NCBI GenBank assembly: GCA_000165345.1
Contig: CM000436.1
Location: forward strand, 64,001-128,000
DNA: 64,000 bases
Direction: 5' to 3'
The position numbers and the translations under genes are program-made. The stretch's first letter is position 1. Each line of letters opens with the position of its first letter. Below are positions 1 to 10,264 of this stretch, piece by piece. The notes beneath the pieces are model-generated. The model was not told where the DNA came from, made no database searches, and worked only from the letters and a program-made list of their open reading frames with translations.

Positions 1-232
1 TTGGTACCCTAATAATAAATTGTAGTGTTTTATCTGTCCAAATACCCTCTTTAGGTTGTAAAACGACTACAAAACAATTAGATATATTGTCAAGATCTAA
101 CTTGCTTGTATCACATAGATTTTCTATAGTATCATTATCAAGAGCTGTTTCTGTATTAAATTTTACCTTACAAAACTCTGGTAATCCAACATCTTCAAAT
201 TCTTTTCTAAGCCTTAGCAGGGAAACATCCAT
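1..232 (-). CDS. Partial CDS (N-terminal ~77 aa; continues beyond the left edge). Ubiquitin-like-conjugating enzyme E2 fold, closest by eye to UBC12/UBE2M (NEDD8 E2).
   Basis: Reverse-strand ATG at 232. Open frame to position 1: MDVSLLRLRKEFEDVGLPEFCKVKF...NCFVVVLQPKEGIWTDKTLQFIIRVP. The LRLRKEF..LP.FC and hydrophobic-P-EG-aromatic-K-G-F-hydrophobic pattern matches the E2 core N-terminus. Not in the supplied ORF track because it is truncated. Confidence 0.4.
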   Translation of the reverse strand, partial: MDVSLLRLRKEFEDVGLPEFCKVKFNTETALDNDTIENLCDTSKLDLDNISNCFVVVLQPKEGIWTDKTLQFIIRVP

Positions 233-551
233 ATTAGTCTTGGCTTTAAGACTAAATTTAGGTCTATAATAAATAGAATTTATATAAATATATCCAGAGT
301 TAATTAACGATAACAACTAGAGACTTTAAGGAAGAATCTTTTGAAAGCCTAGGATTACTTTAAGCTCACATTAATTTATCAATCTAGGAAATTACTGCTA
401 AAGAATTATGCGCTATTATTAAAAATATATAAGGGGGAACATAAAAATATAAAATTGTATTATTCAAAATTATATCTAAGTTAAACCTGCATCTAAAACA
501 TACTTTGTTTAGAAAACCCAAATCCATAAAATACTTGAAATATCTCTGTTC

Positions 552-1229
552 TTAATCAATTATCTCCCCATCTTCAGAGTCCAATTTTGGCTTTGCAGTC
601 TTTCTAAGCATTGATGTCCCGCACTTCTTACATAGTACAGCATTATATGATATAGGATAAGCCATACCTAGTTTACAGCTCTTACAAGGAGCAAAAATGC
701 AGCCAAGATCTTGAGAGTTTGTACTGAGCAGAATCTGAGGAACAACACTTAGAATAGAGCACCTAACAACATCACCAGGTCTATAGCAGTCATTCATCCA
801 ATAGCTAGCCTGAGATTCTAAATGATCATTAGCTAAGCCCGTTGAGGCTGAACCGGATGAAGATCCGGATGTTGAGGATGCATATGTCACATTTGGATCT
901 GCATCACTATTCATATTCCAACATCCAATATCTTGTGGACGTATTAGGCCTGTTACACCCTCTATTTCATTTTTATATCCTCTACCACTCCTATCTAAAA
1001 GTCTAACTTCCACTCCTTTTCTAGGTAAAACTCTGTTTACTACGCCTATGGCTTTTCCTCCTTCATTGTTTCCAACTTGCATTTTACCAATCTGGTCCTC
1101 TCTACACATTAAAGAGGCGTACATATCCCCATTATCATCCATATAGACTCCATATAGTGGCTCTTTGGCCTCTACTATGCGTCTAACTGGCTGACCTGGA
1201 ATTAGAACCTTAACAGATTCCTCCTTCAT
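552..1229 (-). CDS. CSL4: RNA exosome cap subunit Csl4 (EXOSC1-like): N-terminal domain, S1 domain and C-terminal Zn-ribbon.
   Basis: 225 aa. VLIPGQPV and GVYMDDNGDMYASLMC N-terminus. C-terminus RPGDVVRCSILSV...LLSTNSQDLGCIFAPCKSCKLGMAYPISYNAVLCKKCGTSM parallels human EXOSC1 RPGDIVLAKVISLGD..NYLLTTAENELGVVVA...PISWCEMQCP (S1 plus CxxC..CxxC ribbon). Confidence 0.72.
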   Translation of the reverse strand: MKEESVKVLIPGQPVRRIVEAKEPLYGVYMDDNGDMYASLMCREDQIGKMQVGNNEGGKAIGVVNRVLPRKGVEVRLLDRSGRGYKNEIEGVTGLIRPQDIGCWNMNSDADPNVTYASSTSGSSSGSASTGLANDHLESQASYWMNDCYRPGDVVRCSILSVVPQILLSTNSQDLGCIFAPCKSCKLGMAYPISYNAVLCKKCGTSMLRKTAKPKLDSEDGEIID

Positions 1230-1288
1230 CTTAGTCTAATTTTATAATATATTTTGTATTTAATGAAAATATATAGGTAAATGGTATC

Positions 1289-1300
1289 TTGGCGCCAAAA
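1289..1300. promoter_or_regulatory. E2F/DP-like box TTGGCGCCAAAA in the divergent spacer between CSL4 and the downstream membrane-protein gene.
   Basis: Palindromic TGGCGCCA core. The same box family recurs upstream of most genes in the window. Confidence 0.5.
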
Positions 1301-1575
1301 ATAAGGATGAAAAGCAAGAATTAATAATTAATAGTAAAATAATATTTAAAAAGTTGGTGTGAATCAACATGAGCTAGCTTTGTAATATGTATTGTGTTTC
1401 GTCCGAATATTTGTTGAAACTCGTGTTTTTTCGAATTAAAAGGATGCTTTTGTACCAAACAAAAGTTTTGTACATAATAGCTTTGTAGATAGGAAAGATA
1501 ATGTGAAAAATACATACATAATTAAAATGATTAAGGTCATTAGAATAAAATAAAAAAATGACAAAAAGATGGAAT

Positions 1576-1626
<51 letters not shown>

Positions 1627-1850
1627 GGTTTAATCAGAATACATAATATGGCAAGCAAATAGACTTCAACAAGTGGGGAAAGACTGAACAAAATATGTGG
1701 AATTTGTAGCAAGTGTGGGAAGGAGAGAATTATAATTAATTAATTAATTAAAGTTATTCAAGTTAATAGGGGAAAAGGAAAAAGAAACAAAACTGTGAGG
1801 TTTCTAGAATTGTAAGTATAAACAAAATAAGAAGAATATTCTAACCCAAT

Positions 1851-2858
1851 ATGGCAATTACGAGAAGAAGAGGAGCGGAGGAAAATAGGCCAAAGAGTAC
1901 TCCCTCTAGATCAGCCAGAAGAACTAAGGAAGAGGATGTGGAATTTGGTTTAATGGAAGTGATTAGAGAAAAGGTATATAGTATTTCATTTTTATTTAAA
2001 AGTATGATACCATCTTGGGGATTATTACTTTTTTGGTTATTTTCAGCTCTAGAAAGTAGCTTTTTTTATATATACGTATCATTATTCTCCCCACTTCTTA
2101 GACCTCTAGTTTTTGAGGGCCAAGGCCACAAAATATTAATGAGCTACTTGGGAAATCAGAGTTTCTTTCCTTTACTTCAAAAATACAAGATAATAAGCCA
2201 TATTGATCAAGTTTTCGGATGGTTAAGTACATGGGATCAAACAAACCAACTAAGATTTTTAGCATTCTGTTCATCTTTTATTTTTGGATATGTAATATAT
2301 AGAGGATATGAGGTTTGCCCAACTTACTCAATGGTAAATTACCACCTTGGTAAATATCCAAGTTTTGGTATAATGATGGGGTCGGTAATATCTTCCACTT
2401 TGGGAGGAGTAATGGGTGGCATTTTATTATTTTACCTTGGAAACGAATATCAAATAATTCCAAAATATCTACTTGAGGGTTTGAAGCATGGGGATTACAG
2501 TCTTTTCCCTCTGAGTAGTTTTTTTGGAGAAGCTCTACTTTCTTTCCTCTATAGTCTTGGAGTTAGCATTGTGTGTAGGGTTGGACCAGGGTTTTTTGGA
2601 GCGGCAGAAATCTCCTGGTTTTCAAATGCCAATATTAGTATAATTGCTAGTTCCATGAGGGCTCCTGGAAACTTATCTCTAACTTATTCTGCTCTTTATG
2701 GTGCATACTCTGGAGATTATATAGGAGCCACAATTCTTGGAATTGCAAATATCACAGGAACTTTGTTAATGAATTTCCTTTTGATGTTTAGAGGAAGTTC
2801 AATTGCAAAAAAGACCCAAGTTAGGCGCAAGACCACAACCAAATCCAAACAAAAGTAA
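1851..2858 (+). CDS. Hypothetical polytopic membrane protein with a basic N-terminus, several hydrophobic helices and glycine-zipper stretches (LGGVMGGILLFYLG, GPGFFGAAE, GAYSGDYIGATILGIANITG).
   Basis: 335-aa ORF with ATG start. Multiple predicted transmembrane segments by hydrophobicity. No family recognised with confidence (Tim17/22-like glycine motifs considered only). Confidence 0.45.
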   Translation: MAITRRRGAEENRPKSTPSRSARRTKEEDVEFGLMEVIREKVYSISFLFKSMIPSWGLLLFWLFSALESSFFYIYVSLFSPLLRPLVFEGQGHKILMSYLGNQSFFPLLQKYKIISHIDQVFGWLSTWDQTNQLRFLAFCSSFIFGYVIYRGYEVCPTYSMVNYHLGKYPSFGIMMGSVISSTLGGVMGGILLFYLGNEYQIIPKYLLEGLKHGDYSLFPLSSFFGEALLSFLYSLGVSIVCRVGPGFFGAAEISWFSNANISIIASSMRAPGNLSLTYSALYGAYSGDYIGATILGIANITGTLLMNFLLMFRGSSIAKKTQVRRKTTTKSKQK

Positions 2859-3182
2859 TTCTTTGTAAAATGTCTGTTTTTCCTATCTACTCATTTATCA
2901 TTTGTTTTCTTTTTTTTTCCTCACCTTAATTTTTCTCGTTTATGTTTTTTATCTGGCCTTATAAATTCCACGACTTTACGAGCATAAAACATTCAGGCAA
3001 TGAATTCGTGCATCCACGTCATGTGGAACGCCGGTATGGGAAATAAACTTGTTGGGGGGAAATTATTGCATGCAAACAGAGGCATCAGAAGAGTAAAAAG
3101 TTGGGAAATGAGAAAGGTATGAAAAAAATTGTTTTGAATATAAAAAAAAAAGTTAAAGCAAATAAGTATATATATTTGAAAT

Positions 3183-4901
3183 TCACTGGATAGCATTACA
3201 TTCAAAAGGAGCCAAGAAGTTTTCATATGAAGTGTAGTTAATTTTGGAGAGATACATTTGTGTGGCAGGTTTTCCAGTTTTTTGGAGTAGCTGGGGAATA
3301 AGTTGTACAGGAAGGAAAACAAAGCTTTCCCCATTGCTGAGAGACTTTAGAAGACCAAATTCATTGAAAGTCATAAGAATATCATTGCATTCAATTCTAG
3401 TCATCTCACTTAACTGTTGGACGGTGATAAACCTGGTATTTGGGCAGCATCCAATGGAAGGACAAGAAGATTTATCAGAATTTGCATCTGAATTCATTTT
3501 TCTCTCTTTTTGTTTTGAAGATCTGGTAGTCCTTTGAGTGGACTGAGTCTGATGAATAACATCTTGGAAATTACTTATAGTTGCAGCTTGTTTCAGTAAT
3601 GATTTCTCCTGAGGTTGGTCTTTTTGGGGTTTATTCCAAAGAATTACATCTTGAGAGCCGTCCATTAAAAGTTCTAGTAAAATATAGCCCCAATATGATA
3701 TATAAGAGACTCTACCAAGATCTGAAAGTGGTCTTTCAGGAGAGCCTGGCTTTTGCTCAAGATTTGAAAGGCAATATGAAAAGTTAATTAAGTACTTTCC
3801 ATAGCCCTTTCGCTGATATTGAGGAAGAATCATTATACAAGAAAGATTATTCTTGCTGAACTTTTCTTTTGAAAAATATCCAACAATGTGATAACCTTTA
3901 TCATCGCATTCAGTAAGGACATAAAACAAGAAGAGATGTACAGAGTTGTATAAAGTTTTATGATCCAAGAAAAGCTTTGAAAGGAAGCATAGATTTTCGC
4001 AATAAACTCTGGCAAGCCTTCCATCAACTTCAAACATGGAAAGTCCATCTTGTCTAATAAGCTCGTTTCCAGGGGGATAGAACATAATGCAACATCTCTG
4101 ATGTCTAGTATATTCATCTGAATGAGCAAAGAATGAGAGGCAAAATTCGCATATATATAAAATATCAACATTCTGTACCTCCTTAGGGTATGGAGAATAG
4201 TACCAAGTATCAACCACAAAAGGTCCCATAGCTATTTTGCCAATTGTCTTTACTTTGGTTAATTCTTCGTGCTCCTTTAAGTATTCTTCATCCATTCCTT
4301 CGTGTGCTATGTCATGATAATATGGAATCTCCCCAATAATTATGTCATCCTTTGCAACAGAAATATCTGAAGCTTTTAGTTTAGGTTTTGGAGGTTCATT
4401 AGTCGAAGCAGAGGCTTCTGAATTCTGGGTTTCATGGTCGTGTTTTGGCTTGCTGTGAGAAAGAGGTAAGTATTCATTTGGAATAACTCTCAAAGATTCC
4501 CATGTTAGCCAACAATCCAACCTACGATCTGTTCCTTCCCAGTGAATATAGTAGTCATAGTTCATTGCAGGATTAGTATTGCTTCCTTTAAGTTTTGCCC
4601 TTCTTCTCTCTCTACAGTGCACCACTAGAGCTGGCCTCCAGATTCTAATGAGATTGGAGCTTGAATGATCCATACCTTCTGGAAGTCTTAACAAAGGTTT
4701 TCCCGAACTCTTCTGAGCGGATTTTTGTCGATACTCACATCCCATTATTTGTGTCTTGGGTAGCAGTGCTCCCGGAAACTGCTTCATATAAATATCAAGT
4801 CCAGACATTCCTCCACTTTTCTTTTGTTCGCCAGAAGACACCTTCTGGCCTTTCTTAAGTACCTTTGTCGTATCATCTTTGCTACTCTTTGTCATCCACA
4901 C
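3183..4901 (-). CDS. MYST-family histone acetyltransferase (Esa1/Tip60/MOF-like) with an N-terminal chromo-barrel/tudor-knot.
   Basis: 572 aa. Chromo-barrel: YYIHWEGTDRRLDCWLTWESLRV. MYST core: VVDTWYYSPYP, C2HC finger LYICEFCLSFFAHSDEYTRHQRCC, acetyl-CoA motif QRKGYGKYLINFSYCLS. Confidence 0.85.
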   Translation of the reverse strand: MWMTKSSKDDTTKVLKKGQKVSSGEQKKSGGMSGLDIYMKQFPGALLPKTQIMGCEYRQKSAQKSSGKPLLRLPEGMDHSSSNLIRIWRPALVVHCRERRRAKLKGSNTNPAMNYDYYIHWEGTDRRLDCWLTWESLRVIPNEYLPLSHSKPKHDHETQNSEASASTNEPPKPKLKASDISVAKDDIIIGEIPYYHDIAHEGMDEEYLKEHEELTKVKTIGKIAMGPFVVDTWYYSPYPKEVQNVDILYICEFCLSFFAHSDEYTRHQRCCIMFYPPGNELIRQDGLSMFEVDGRLARVYCENLCFLSKLFLDHKTLYNSVHLFLFYVLTECDDKGYHIVGYFSKEKFSKNNLSCIMILPQYQRKGYGKYLINFSYCLSNLEQKPGSPERPLSDLGRVSYISYWGYILLELLMDGSQDVILWNKPQKDQPQEKSLLKQAATISNFQDVIHQTQSTQRTTRSSKQKERKMNSDANSDKSSCPSIGCCPNTRFITVQQLSEMTRIECNDILMTFNEFGLLKSLSNGESFVFLPVQLIPQLLQKTGKPATQMYLSKINYTSYENFLAPFECNAIQ

Positions 4902-5164
4902 GAAAAATCTACTACTCTTTAATAGAAGGTAAAAAAGATATCCTTCTCAATAGTCTTTTGATTTCTGGGTAAATGAGCAACTGTTGAAATCCTCCTCAAT
5001 TTTAATTAATTATTTCAGTTTTTTCCCCTCTAATTTAATTTTTTAAAAAAATCACACTTGGAGTCAAACGCTTTCTTTTGTCCTATACTTTTCCCTATCT
5101 TAAATACTAATTCTATTTAACCTTGATCAAATTAACCCATGGATTCCCCGCCTTAAACACGCAA

Positions 5165-5175
5165 TTTGGCGGTAA
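5165..5175. promoter_or_regulatory. E2F-like half box TTTGGCGGTAA about 270 bp upstream of the MYST HAT start.
   Basis: Direct sequence match to the GGCGG core seen across the window. Confidence 0.35.
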
Positions 5176-5347
5176 TAACTTGCCAGGTAAGTGGGGTGAC
5201 CAGTAAAGAGAATAAGTCAAGAATTAATAGACATGAAGATTAATTAGTATAATATAGATGATTTTGTCAAATTTTTTTGGTTATTAGACTTCTTTTGTGT
5301 GTATACTCTTGTTTATATAAGTTGTAGATATTGTAATAGGTTGTAAA

Positions 5348-7762
5348 TCAAATGAAAGAATTGTTAATGGTGTTTGAAACTTCGGAAATAATTGTCGAAT
5401 TTAAATTTGAGTTATTAATGAAAGGATGGCAGGTATCGGATACTGCATGGGCAAAGAGAATATCCATCCAGCTTGAATAGATACCAGAAATGACATCTAC
5501 ATTCTGAATGCTCCCCGATGTATGTCCTTCAAGGAGCTTATGACAATATAAACAATATAAGGGTACTAAAATTTGAGGTATGGCGTTAGGGTTTACTGAT
5601 AAAATCATTTTAGCTGCATCATCTAAGATCTCTTCCTCTGAGGATGACTGATAGAAAGAGCATTCCTGGCAAAGTTGATTTTTTAAACAGCTCAATTTTG
5701 CAAGACTATCTCTATTAAAATTTGACGTAGATTCCCAAAGTTGCTTTTCTTGATTCCAAGTAGGAGAGAGAACAGTCCAAAATATCAAATTAATATGCTG
5801 AGAAAATTCAATCATTGTTCTTAAAAATGGAGGGATCTTTAGGTTAGATCCTTGACCCGAAAATTCAGGAATTAGTTGTGAAATTGTTTCCAAAATCCCT
5901 CTTTGGGGATAAAATTCTGTCATTAAAATAAGCTGTTTATCAAGAGAGATATCTTTTGTTGGAATAGATTCTGCCATGTACTCTTCCGGGAGATTTTCTT
6001 GAAAGTTATACTGTGAATACATATCTATTTTTTCGTTGATAATATTCAGAAATAGAGTAGGAGAAACACCTACAAAATGCTCCAAAATCATCCAAATAGA
6101 CACTATCTGGTTAGTACCTTCAATTCTTGCCAATTCTATAAGAAGAATTATCTTTTCTAATAACAAAAGCAGTTGTTTTAGAGATATTTTGGGTCCGAAT
6201 GATTTCTGAAGCTCCAAAGTTACTTGGTTAAATCTCTCCACTATAAGTTTTCTAGAAAAATCGATCTGTTGATCTTTTAAAGGCACAATCTGATGAATGA
6301 AATCTCTGATTAACTTGAGAAATACTGAAATTGATTCATCCATGCTCCAATCTGGGATATACTCATTTAGAAAACATTGTCTACACTTTAAATCACTTGA
6401 TTCTCCATTACTCATAAGAAAGATTTTATCTGCCTCTGTTTCAAGATTATCTGATACATATTCAAATAAGAAAGGAATCTTATTTGAAATCAATGTCAAT
6501 GCTCTTAGTACATCATCTTTTAAATCTGGTGAGTCTGAACATTCTTGTAAATAAATTGCAGGGTCGCAAAGATCAGTCTCTACCAGCCAAAGAGCATAGT
6601 TCATCAAAACTCTGGATCTCAAATTCTTTGACTTGAGTTCCAAAGGTACTTCCTCAAGAAATCCTTCATAAAAGAGAGGATCAAACAAATGTACAGCAAG
6701 AAATGGCCCATACAATTCAGATGACTCGTATATATGAACAATTAATTTGCTTAAATCCCTTGAAAGCAAATACAAAGCTCCAAGTTCATGCTCTAATATA
6801 TCTTGAGGAGCTTTCCTAAGAGCAGATGATCTCTTATTTTGTGATGATCTCGTCACAGAAGAGCCGAGTCCAGCTACTGGAGACGTATACTGGCTTAAAC
6901 AGTCCAAGTAAACAGATAAGAACTGAGGAAAGTTATCCAAAGTTATTCCAGAAACATACCTTGAAGAAAACACAAAAGCTTCTAACCAAGAATCAGAACA
7001 GTCCTGAATTACGCCTCCATTACCAAAAATTCCTTCTAAGGCAGTCTGAACTACAGCAGGAAGACTATTCTTCAATGATTGAAGTTCTTTGGTTAAGCCT
7101 CTGCTAATTGGATAAATGTCCTTCGAATAATGGCTTAGCAAATTACTTAAAGTAAGTATAAATTTATTGTTCGGAAACAAACTCCAAAGACTTGAGTTAA
7201 ATAATTCAACCTCTCCCAATAATAGAGCTCTTGTAAGGAGCTTTCCAAGTCTTTCTTCTGCATGCATAGCTTCCGATACCCTACCAGTTTCTTGTAAATC
7301 TAAAAAGTTGTCAGAAGCTTCAGTTAACTGTCCAACTAACTGAGAAACAGAATCTCTCATTCCATATTTAAGATACCATTTGAACAAATTATCTATTAAT
7401 TCATCTTCATCCGAATAAAATACCACGTAGAATAACTCAAATATATATGCACTGAAAAAAAACATGTCCATTGATTCCTGAAGTTCATCAGGATTACCAA
7501 AGTAAGTACTCAAATTACCAAATGACTCAGAAAACACACTTTTCAAGCTGGAAACATACTGCTCCAGAGATTTAGATATTGCTTGGTCGCTTTTATTCCT
7601 TAATGTTGTATTGGCTTCATATTGGAAAGTCTCAAAAACATGATGTAAACTCTTTGCCATTACCTCCATCAAGGCCATCTCTGAGCTACCCGGATCAAAA
7701 CTCGGATCATCCATTATGCCTATTCTTCCAACTTTCTTTACTTTTCTTCCTAATTCCCACAA
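5348..7762 (-). CDS. Large hypothetical protein (804 aa), mostly predicted alpha-helical. No recognisable catalytic motif.
   Basis: Long uninterrupted ORF with ATG. Leucine-rich helical repeat-like composition. Flanked by E2F boxes at 7815-7827 and 5165-5175. Confidence 0.55.
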   Translation of the reverse strand: MWELGRKVKKVGRIGIMDDPSFDPGSSEMALMEVMAKSLHHVFETFQYEANTTLRNKSDQAISKSLEQYVSSLKSVFSESFGNLSTYFGNPDELQESMDMFFFSAYIFELFYVVFYSDEDELIDNLFKWYLKYGMRDSVSQLVGQLTEASDNFLDLQETGRVSEAMHAEERLGKLLTRALLLGEVELFNSSLWSLFPNNKFILTLSNLLSHYSKDIYPISRGLTKELQSLKNSLPAVVQTALEGIFGNGGVIQDCSDSWLEAFVFSSRYVSGITLDNFPQFLSVYLDCLSQYTSPVAGLGSSVTRSSQNKRSSALRKAPQDILEHELGALYLLSRDLSKLIVHIYESSELYGPFLAVHLFDPLFYEGFLEEVPLELKSKNLRSRVLMNYALWLVETDLCDPAIYLQECSDSPDLKDDVLRALTLISNKIPFLFEYVSDNLETEADKIFLMSNGESSDLKCRQCFLNEYIPDWSMDESISVFLKLIRDFIHQIVPLKDQQIDFSRKLIVERFNQVTLELQKSFGPKISLKQLLLLLEKIILLIELARIEGTNQIVSIWMILEHFVGVSPTLFLNIINEKIDMYSQYNFQENLPEEYMAESIPTKDISLDKQLILMTEFYPQRGILETISQLIPEFSGQGSNLKIPPFLRTMIEFSQHINLIFWTVLSPTWNQEKQLWESTSNFNRDSLAKLSCLKNQLCQECSFYQSSSEEEILDDAAKMILSVNPNAIPQILVPLYCLYCHKLLEGHTSGSIQNVDVISGIYSSWMDILFAHAVSDTCHPFINNSNLNSTIISEVSNTINNSFI

Positions 7763-7814
7763 TGATCAGATTTCAACTTTCTAACCAAATTATCTGCCTA
7801 ATAATAATAGCACG

Positions 7815-7827
7815 TTTGGGCGGGAAC
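7815..7827. promoter_or_regulatory. E2F/DP-like box TTTGGGCGGGAAC just upstream of the 804-aa gene (start 7762, minus strand).
   Basis: Direct match to the TTTGGCGGGAAA family. Confidence 0.5.
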
Positions 7828-8618
7828 TTCTTACTTTAAAGTCCCACATTAATACATAGGATTTTTTAGGCCAAAGATTATTTAAATTTTCAAATTTTAT
7901 CCTTTAGTTATATTCTGAGCTTAAAGCGATTAATTGAGTTTTAGAAACAAAATTAATTTAGTGCATTGGAGTAAAAACTCCTTTTATTTCTTGGTAGTAA
8001 GAAAAGGAAGTCTGCTCTACAAACATTTGGACTAGGCCATCTAAAGAATAAGCTTAATGTTTTATTCTTAATCATTTGAAAGTTTAGTTTGTTCAAATTG
8101 TTCACTTCTCTTTTATCATTTTGAATTATAAATTAGCTTCATAGCTCTTTCTTTTATTTACAAACTTCTATTCGTTACATTTGTTTTAAACATGTATGAA
8201 TAAGATGGAATAGGCATGTTTCATCTATAAGCAGTAGATTCCTGTGAGATTCCCTATGGCTAATATACTACAACTCCGTTAGAAAGACATTAAGATCTGT
8301 GTATTATAATAATCTAAATTTCTTGGTGTCAAAGCTAAACTATTTTGAAGAATTTAACCATTATAGGTAGTATTTAAAAATATGTCTCTAACTTTCTTGT
8401 ATTTTATTGTAACTGACTATTAATTTTATTAGTTACTTTCCAACTCAATAAAGTTAGTCTTTTAAATTACAGCAATAACAGAGTTGAGTGATGTATTCTG
8501 CAATACCAAGTCCTTATGGATAAATAATATTTATTAATACTGAATTACTAAACTTCCTTGTATATTTAGCATCTTTACTATTTTCTAACTCAATATTCTG
8601 TTTGCTCAAGTCATGCAA

Positions 8619-8632
8619 TTTTGGCGGGAAAT
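8619..8632. promoter_or_regulatory. E2F/DP-like box TTTTGGCGGGAAAT about 185 bp upstream of the gene starting at 8816.
   Basis: Direct match. Confidence 0.5.
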
Positions 8633-8815
8633 ATGCAACAATAAATATTACCATTTTGTAGGAAAAAATATAATAATAAAAGAATTAGCATAGTTTGTAA
8701 GAATATGAAGGGTAGGCATTAGAGTGGACATTACTTTGTTCGGTATTTATTTAAGAACCAGCTGTGGGAAAGCAGAGTACAAATTTTAACAAGTACAAAG
8801 TTTCCTAAATGAGAG

Positions 8816-9946
8816 TTGAAAATAATGGGTAATTCTTTAGGAGTTGAGATTTTTAGAAATCAAGCTGATATTTGTATAGCAATTAATGAACTAACCAGCA
8901 AAAAAGAAAAGGTTTTGATTCTAGAAAAGATAATTAAAAGGGATGAAATGAAAGAGAAGTTTGTGATATTGGGAGGATCATTAAAGGATATAGAACTGGA
9001 AGAAACTAAAAGTCAAAGATTTTTGTTGATATTTATTCGAACAAGTTTGTTGGATTTTAAGAGAATAATTTTAGAAATTATGGAAGAAATTCAAAAAAAG
9101 ATTCAAATTTCAGTAATGGTAGAAGATAAACAAAATCAGGAAAGTTTTTATTTATTGAAGGGCAGCTTAGGTACAGACTTTGATAAGTTAGAGGTTCTTT
9201 TGTATGAAAAAGAAAGCACTTTTGACCCTGTAAGAATACTGAAACACAACTTTGAACTTGAAGATTTTCTGGAAAGATATACCTTTAAAAATAACTTCAC
9301 TAAAACTTTAGGTATATTTAATTGCCTAGATGACCAAGAACCCATCCAGCTTCAAAGTTTAAATAACAATATGGTAGATTTAACACACTTTGTTCATATC
9401 AATATTGGCAAATCATGCACAGAATTCCTACATTTTACGGAAAATTCTTGCTCAAAAAGAGTTGGAAATATTGAAATTGGAGAATACACCTTCTGGGGTT
9501 TAGTAAATATACTTGACCTCAAGATAGAAAACATGGAGGACATTGATAAGATTGTTTCTAAAGGTAATATTCAAAACTGTGATTTAATTGTTAAAGATAT
9601 TTATGGACAATCTTATCCTGAAATCAATCTTGAAGGAGATTCTGTGGCTTCTTCACTGGGAAAACTACAATTTCTTAACCATGATCAGAAGAACTTCTCT
9701 CCAGAGGATCTAATTAAGAGTATCGTTATACTACTTACGAACCAGCTTGTACAAAAAGGAATATTGCACTCTCAAATTCTCCAAGAAAACAACATTATCA
9801 TCTCAGGATTTATCACTAGCTCCCCAAAAATTATGGCAGCTATTCACAATACCTTCCAAGTTTTATCTGATAAATTTAATGTATTCTTCATCAAATCAAT
9901 TATTAATACTGCATGCATTTGTCCTAATTTCGAAATTAAATACTAA
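8816..9946 (+). CDS. Hypothetical protein (376 aa).
   Basis: ORF with ATG. No recognisable domain. The second Met gives MGNSLG, a weak N-myristoylation-like start. Confidence 0.45.
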   Translation: MKIMGNSLGVEIFRNQADICIAINELTSKKEKVLILEKIIKRDEMKEKFVILGGSLKDIELEETKSQRFLLIFIRTSLLDFKRIILEIMEEIQKKIQISVMVEDKQNQESFYLLKGSLGTDFDKLEVLLYEKESTFDPVRILKHNFELEDFLERYTFKNNFTKTLGIFNCLDDQEPIQLQSLNNNMVDLTHFVHINIGKSCTEFLHFTENSCSKRVGNIEIGEYTFWGLVNILDLKIENMEDIDKIVSKGNIQNCDLIVKDIYGQSYPEINLEGDSVASSLGKLQFLNHDQKNFSPEDLIKSIVILLTNQLVQKGILHSQILQENNIIISGFITSSPKIMAAIHNTFQVLSDKFNVFFIKSIINTACICPNFEIKY

Positions 9947-10101
9947 CATCACTTCCTTCTTCTCCTCAAACTAGCCTTCTTTTCTTAAATGTTGTATATT
10001 CCCACTCCTTTTCCTTTAACTTTTCCATATCTTCTCTCATTCTTCTTATCTTTTATCCTTCCTTTTTATGTTTCTATTAATTTGCATAATCTGCACCTTT
10101 T

Positions 10102-10112
10102 TTTGGCGCCAA
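10102..10112. promoter_or_regulatory. E2F/DP-like palindromic box TTTGGCGCCAA about 150 bp upstream of the gene starting at 10265.
   Basis: Direct match. Confidence 0.5.
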
Positions 10113-10264
10113 GGTCATGCATTACGCTTTAAATACTTGGCTTCTTAAAATTAATAAAAGAAATTGGTTGAAGAAAAAAAAACTTAAATTTAAAAAGAAG
10201 AAAGCATTCCAATAAACTCAACTCAATGCCTCCACTCTTGAAGTATTTGTATGGATGATTTCAT

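Noticed and set aside
87-269. Plus-strand 60-aa ORF at the left edge
   Set aside because: It overlaps the better-supported minus-strand E2-like partial CDS (1-232). Low-complexity translation with no motif.
3833-4219. Antisense or alternative-frame ORFs inside large genes (for example 3833-4219, 6297-6554, 6826-7107, 24797-25255, 37628-37963, 40641-40994, 42506-42922, 50149-50427, 59929-60399)
   Set aside because: They are embedded in well-supported CDSs on the other strand or frame. Their translations are low-complexity mirror images (for example the S/L-rich mirror of K/E-rich regions).
7763-8815. tRNA or other small-RNA genes in long intergenic spacers (also 18133-19268, 31228-32294, 41165-42070)
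   Set aside because: I scanned by eye for T-loop (GGTTCGAATCC-like) and cloverleaf-compatible segments and found none. These spacers are extremely AT-rich. Absence cannot be proven without a covariance-model search.
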